A stretch of DNA of 20,000 nucleotides, from NCBI GenBank assembly GCA_016218805.1, contig JACRCW010000022.1:53470-73469 (forward strand). Reading direction: 5' to 3'. The notes under the pieces were generated by a model that worked only from the letters and a program-made list of their open reading frames with translations, had not been told where the DNA came from and did not search any database. The position numbers and the translations under genes were made by a program. Source of the DNA: Deltaproteobacteria bacterium (GTDB lineage Bacteria; Myxococcota; JACRCW01). Shown one piece after another: positions 16,853 through 20,000 of this stretch (position 1 is the stretch's first letter; every line of letters begins with the position of its first letter).

Positions 16853-18907
16853 TCACAACTTGATGGAGTACACAAAGCTCGCCTTGGGCGAGCGCAGCCA
16901 GCGCTCCGTGATGGTGCCCATCAGCGTCTTCCACGGCCCGTCCTGGTCTACAAACTCCGTGCGCAGCGCCTCGGCGGCCTTCTTGTCGCCCTTGGCCTTC
17001 ACCTGCAGGACCTGGGTCTCCAGCTTCTTGATGGCGGCGGCCATCTTGTCCTGCTTGAGGCTGAAGCAGCCCTTGTCGGTGCCGTTCACCGCCGTCTCCT
17101 CGGCCTTCCACTCCAGGGCGCCTTCCTTGAGCAGGAAGCCCACCTGAATGGCGGCCAGCTGGCTGTACGGCTTGGGCTTGCCCGCGTCGTACATGCCGCG
17201 GCTGATGTGACCCCAGGCCCAGACCACGTCACGGTTGTGGGCGCGCGCCGCCTCGTCGGCGGTGATGAGCGTTTTCGCCGCCAGCCAGTCCGTCAGGTAC
17301 AGCGCGCTGGACTGCGCCTTGAGTTCCTCCAGCGTGGAAGCCAGCGGCCCGCCGAACAGCTCCCCGTCCTTCTTCCCCTTCACGGCGTACTCGTGCGCGG
17401 GGCCCAGGTTGTGCGCCGCTTCGTGCAGCACGGTGCTCATGATCTGCGGGCCTTCATCCAGCGTGAAGGACGCCATGGAATCCGCGCAGTACAGGCTCTC
17501 CACCTGCGTCTTCAGCGTGTTCTTGCTGTCCGCGTCCGTGTAGAAGTTCACCATGGCCACGGTGCGGCCGCGGCCCTCATTGGCCACGGGGCCCCAGTTG
17601 GGCAGGCTCTGGCCAATGGTGGCGCCCATGGGTGAACGCGCATCACCCGCGTTCAGCACCACGTCAATGAAGTCGGGAAGGTGGAAGGAGACGTTGCGCG
17701 CTTTGTACGGCTTACCCGCCAGCTTGGCCAGCTCCTTCTCCATTTCGCCCTTGATGGGGTCCAGCTTCTGCTGCCACGCCAGGCTCCCCGGGTTGATGCG
17801 GGCAAAGCTGACGTGGAAGCCGGCCTTCTGGCTGCAGGGCTCCCAGTAGACCTCGTCCGGGCCCACGCGCAGGTACCACTTGCTGTTGGTGGCGTTCATC
17901 TTGGCCCACGCCTCGTCAGCGGGCAGCCAGTTGTTGTCCAGGAAGGACTGCGCCGCCGCCGCCAGGTACGCCTTGAACGCCGCTTCCTCCGCCGACGTCA
18001 CGGCATCCGCCGCGGCCTTCAGTTCGCGGCTGATGGCCTCCATGTCCTCCTTGTACGCCACGTTGTACGGCACCGCGGCCAGGTTGCCCTGCGCGTCCTT
18101 GGTGACGACGACGAACGGCGCCATGAGCGCCTTGGCGTCCTTGTGCGCCTGCAGTGTTTCACAGAACTTCTTGTCCGCCTGGATGTCCACCGGATACACG
18201 CCGGAGATGCGCGCGGGCTTGCCGGGCAGCGCGTTGCACAGGGGGTCATCCTGGGTGGCCGGCGCGGTGCACCACGGTCCCTGGTTGCGGTGGAACGCCT
18301 GGCGTGACGCGGTGTCCTCCGCGGGAATCTGCGCCTCCATGCCGGCCGTGCCCATCTGCCGGGCGTGCAGCTTCTCCACCAGGTCCGCGGCAACCAGCAC
18401 GTGCTGCACCACCGCCTTGTCCTCCGCCGAACCCGCGGAGAAGTCAGACATGACCACCGTGGGCCGGCCCTGGGACAGCTCCTTGAGGATGGCCGCGCGG
18501 CGCTTGCCCTCGTCGTCCGTGGCGGCTGCGGGTGGGGACGCCTTGCGGGCGACGATGGACTCGTAGGCGGCCGTCAACGCCGGCGTGAACGCACCGTCCT
18601 TCAGCCAGGCCTCGCCGGAGCGCGCGTTGCCCCACAGCGTTGCCAGCTCGGTGGGCTCCAACGTGTTGTTGGTGTTCGCGTCGGTGATCCAGAACAGCGG
18701 CAGCGCCAGCTCGGCGGCAAGCACGTTGAACTCCGCGCGGCTGACACGGTCATAGGTGACTGGTGGCGGGGCCGCGTCAACGGGAGCGGCCTTGGCCGGC
18801 GCGGGTGACGCCTCCTTGGCCCCCTTGTCTGACTTGCACGCGACGACGACCACGAGCGATGCGGCGCACGCTGCGCCCAGCCCACGCACCAGCGACTTCG
18901 TCTTCAT
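16853..18907 (-). CDS. Zn metallopeptidase, M49/dipeptidyl-peptidase III-like, lipoprotein (684 aa)
   Basis: AAGGAGG RBS before ATG 18907; lipobox VVA-C; motifs NQGPW, VGPDEVY, IGQSLPN, HEAAHNLGP (HExxH) and LEELKA (third Zn ligand motif). Confidence 0.82.
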   Translation of the reverse strand: MKTKSLVRGLGAACAASLVVVVACKSDKGAKEASPAPAKAAPVDAAPPPVTYDRVSRAEFNVLAAELALPLFWITDANTNNTLEPTELATLWGNARSGEAWLKDGAFTPALTAAYESIVARKASPPAAATDDEGKRRAAILKELSQGRPTVVMSDFSAGSAEDKAVVQHVLVAADLVEKLHARQMGTAGMEAQIPAEDTASRQAFHRNQGPWCTAPATQDDPLCNALPGKPARISGVYPVDIQADKKFCETLQAHKDAKALMAPFVVVTKDAQGNLAAVPYNVAYKEDMEAISRELKAAADAVTSAEEAAFKAYLAAAAQSFLDNNWLPADEAWAKMNATNSKWYLRVGPDEVYWEPCSQKAGFHVSFARINPGSLAWQQKLDPIKGEMEKELAKLAGKPYKARNVSFHLPDFIDVVLNAGDARSPMGATIGQSLPNWGPVANEGRGRTVAMVNFYTDADSKNTLKTQVESLYCADSMASFTLDEGPQIMSTVLHEAAHNLGPAHEYAVKGKKDGELFGGPLASTLEELKAQSSALYLTDWLAAKTLITADEAARAHNRDVVWAWGHISRGMYDAGKPKPYSQLAAIQVGFLLKEGALEWKAEETAVNGTDKGCFSLKQDKMAAAIKKLETQVLQVKAKGDKKAAEALRTEFVDQDGPWKTLMGTITERWLRSPKASFVYSIKL

Positions 18908-18940
18908 GACGGTCCTCCTTGAAGGGAGGCGGACCCTAGG

Positions 18941-18961
18941 TGCGCCCCCGCACGGGGCGCA
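18941..18961. other. Intergenic hairpin between the rlmI-like and peptidase genes
   Basis: TGCGCCCC-CGCAC-GGGGCGCA forms an 8-bp perfect stem 4 nt after the methyltransferase stop. Confidence 0.5.
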
Positions 18962-18965
18962 ATCA

Positions 18966-20000
18966 CTACTGCGGCAGCACGCGCAGGAAGGCGACCTCCA
19001 GGTAGCGCCCGTCGGGCCAGCCCAGCGGCGTGGGGTAGTCCGGCGGCAGGCCACCGGTTTCCATGATGACCGCACGCCGTCCGGCCTTCCGGATGCCCTC
19101 CTCCGCGTGCTGCAGGACGCCCTTGCCGCCATGTGCGTTGGCGGACACCCACAGCAAGCCGCCGCTCTCCTCGGGACACAGGCGCGCGGCGTTGGCAATG
19201 AGGTCCGGGTAATCCTTCTTCATGGACCACGCGTGCGCGCGCGCGGCGGAGTACGTGGGCGGGTCCAGGATGACGGTGTCATAGGAGCGGCCGGCTTCCA
19301 CCGCGCGCTCCATGAACCGCGCCACGTCCGAGACCTCAAACTTCCAGCGCGCATCCGCGGGGTCCAGGCCGGACAGCCGGAAGTTCTCCGCCGCCCACTT
19401 GAGCACCCCGGAGGACAGGTCAACGCTGGTCACCGCCGCCGCGCCCGCGCGCGCCGCAGCCACGGAGAGGGCGCCCGTGTACGCAAACGTATTGAGCACG
19501 CGCCGCCCATGGACAAACCGCGCCAGGTTGCGGCGGTGTTCGCGCATGTCCGTGAACAGCCCCACGTTGAGCCCGCCCAGCGGGTGCACCTCAAACGGGA
19601 CACCGAGCTCCTTGACGACGACGGACTCCGGCGGATCCTCGCCCACCACTTCCTGCTTGACCTGGCCCGGCTTGGCGCCACCCCGGACGCGCAGCTTGAC
19701 AACAACCGCGCGCAGCCCGGCCTGCTCGCGCAGCTGCTCGGCGACGGAGCGCGCGCATGTCCACAGACCCTTGCTGTACGCGTAGACCACCCCCCACGGC
19801 CCGAACACGTCCGCGGTGATGCCGCCCAGCCCGTCGCCCTCGGCGTTGATGGCGCGCCCGCTCTCCTCTGGGAGCACCAGGCCCAGCGCGCGCCGCAGCT
19901 CCAGCGCCCGCCGCACCCGCGCCTTGAAGAACGCCGCGTCAAACGCCTGCACCGGCTCCAGCGTCCATGCGCGCACCACCTCGTTCTCAACGTCCACCAC
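18966..20000 (-). CDS. Class I SAM-dependent rRNA methyltransferase, RlmI/RlmK-like, 5'-truncated by the window edge
   Basis: Motifs INAEGDGLGGITADVFG, GLFTDMREHR, RVLNTFAYTGALSV.A...GA..VTSVDLS, VILDPPTY and YLE. Confidence 0.88.
   Translation of the reverse strand: MVDVENEVVRAWTLEPVQAFDAAFFKARVRRALELRRALGLVLPEESGRAINAEGDGLGGITADVFGPWGVVYAYSKGLWTCARSVAEQLREQAGLRAVVVKLRVRGGAKPGQVKQEVVGEDPPESVVVKELGVPFEVHPLGGLNVGLFTDMREHRRNLARFVHGRRVLNTFAYTGALSVAAARAGAAAVTSVDLSSGVLKWAAENFRLSGLDPADARWKFEVSDVARFMERAVEAGRSYDTVILDPPTYSAARAHAWSMKKDYPDLIANAARLCPEESGGLLWVSANAHGGKGVLQHAEEGIRKAGRRAVIMETGGLPPDYPTPLGWPDGRYLEVAFLRVLPQ

Noticed and set aside
16303..16863. ORFs across the repeat array (16303..16863 +, 16122..16568 -, 16436..17635 +)
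   Set aside because: Unit lengths of 64 and 59 bp shift the frame, giving mosaic peptides. There is no RBS, and the ORFs are by-products of GC-rich repeats.
2359..19198. Longer ORF-track starts (2359, 2667, 3802, 6621, 15010, 19198)
   Set aside because: These extensions overlap neighbouring genes or promoters. Internal ATGs at 2761, 2634, 4018, 6585, 15424 and 18907 have an RBS and/or a signal peptide directly after them.

Overview
GC-rich (about 70%) bacterial window, probably Myxococcota-like. That assignment is an inference from six lipoproteins, Ser/Gly-rich linkers, Cys-rich modules and several sigma54-type promoters. Genes in order: partial GH44 glycoside hydrolase (+), GNAT/FemAB-like protein (-), Cys-rich lipoprotein (+), lipoprotein serpin (+), lamin-tail-domain lipoprotein (-), GT2 glycosyltransferase (-), 967-aa secreted beta-helix lipoprotein (+), hrpB helicase (-), beta-propeller lipoprotein (-), membrane protein (+), a two-type 59-64 bp tandem/inverted repeat array, M49/DPP III-like metallopeptidase lipoprotein (-), and a partial RlmI-like methyltransferase (-). 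Four non-gene signals stand out. (1) The beta-helix gene lies between exact 18-bp direct repeats that overlap the hrpB stop codon, and the distal repeat carries a decayed copy of the hrpB 3' end, suggesting an integrase-less 3.2-kb insertion. (2) TCGA is strongly avoided in core genes but not in that insert or the repeat array. (3) The repeat array has an A4-B3-inverted-A layout bounded by its own direct repeat. (4) Two sigma54-like promoters lie back to back. All calls come from reading the sequence by eye; no database searches were run.
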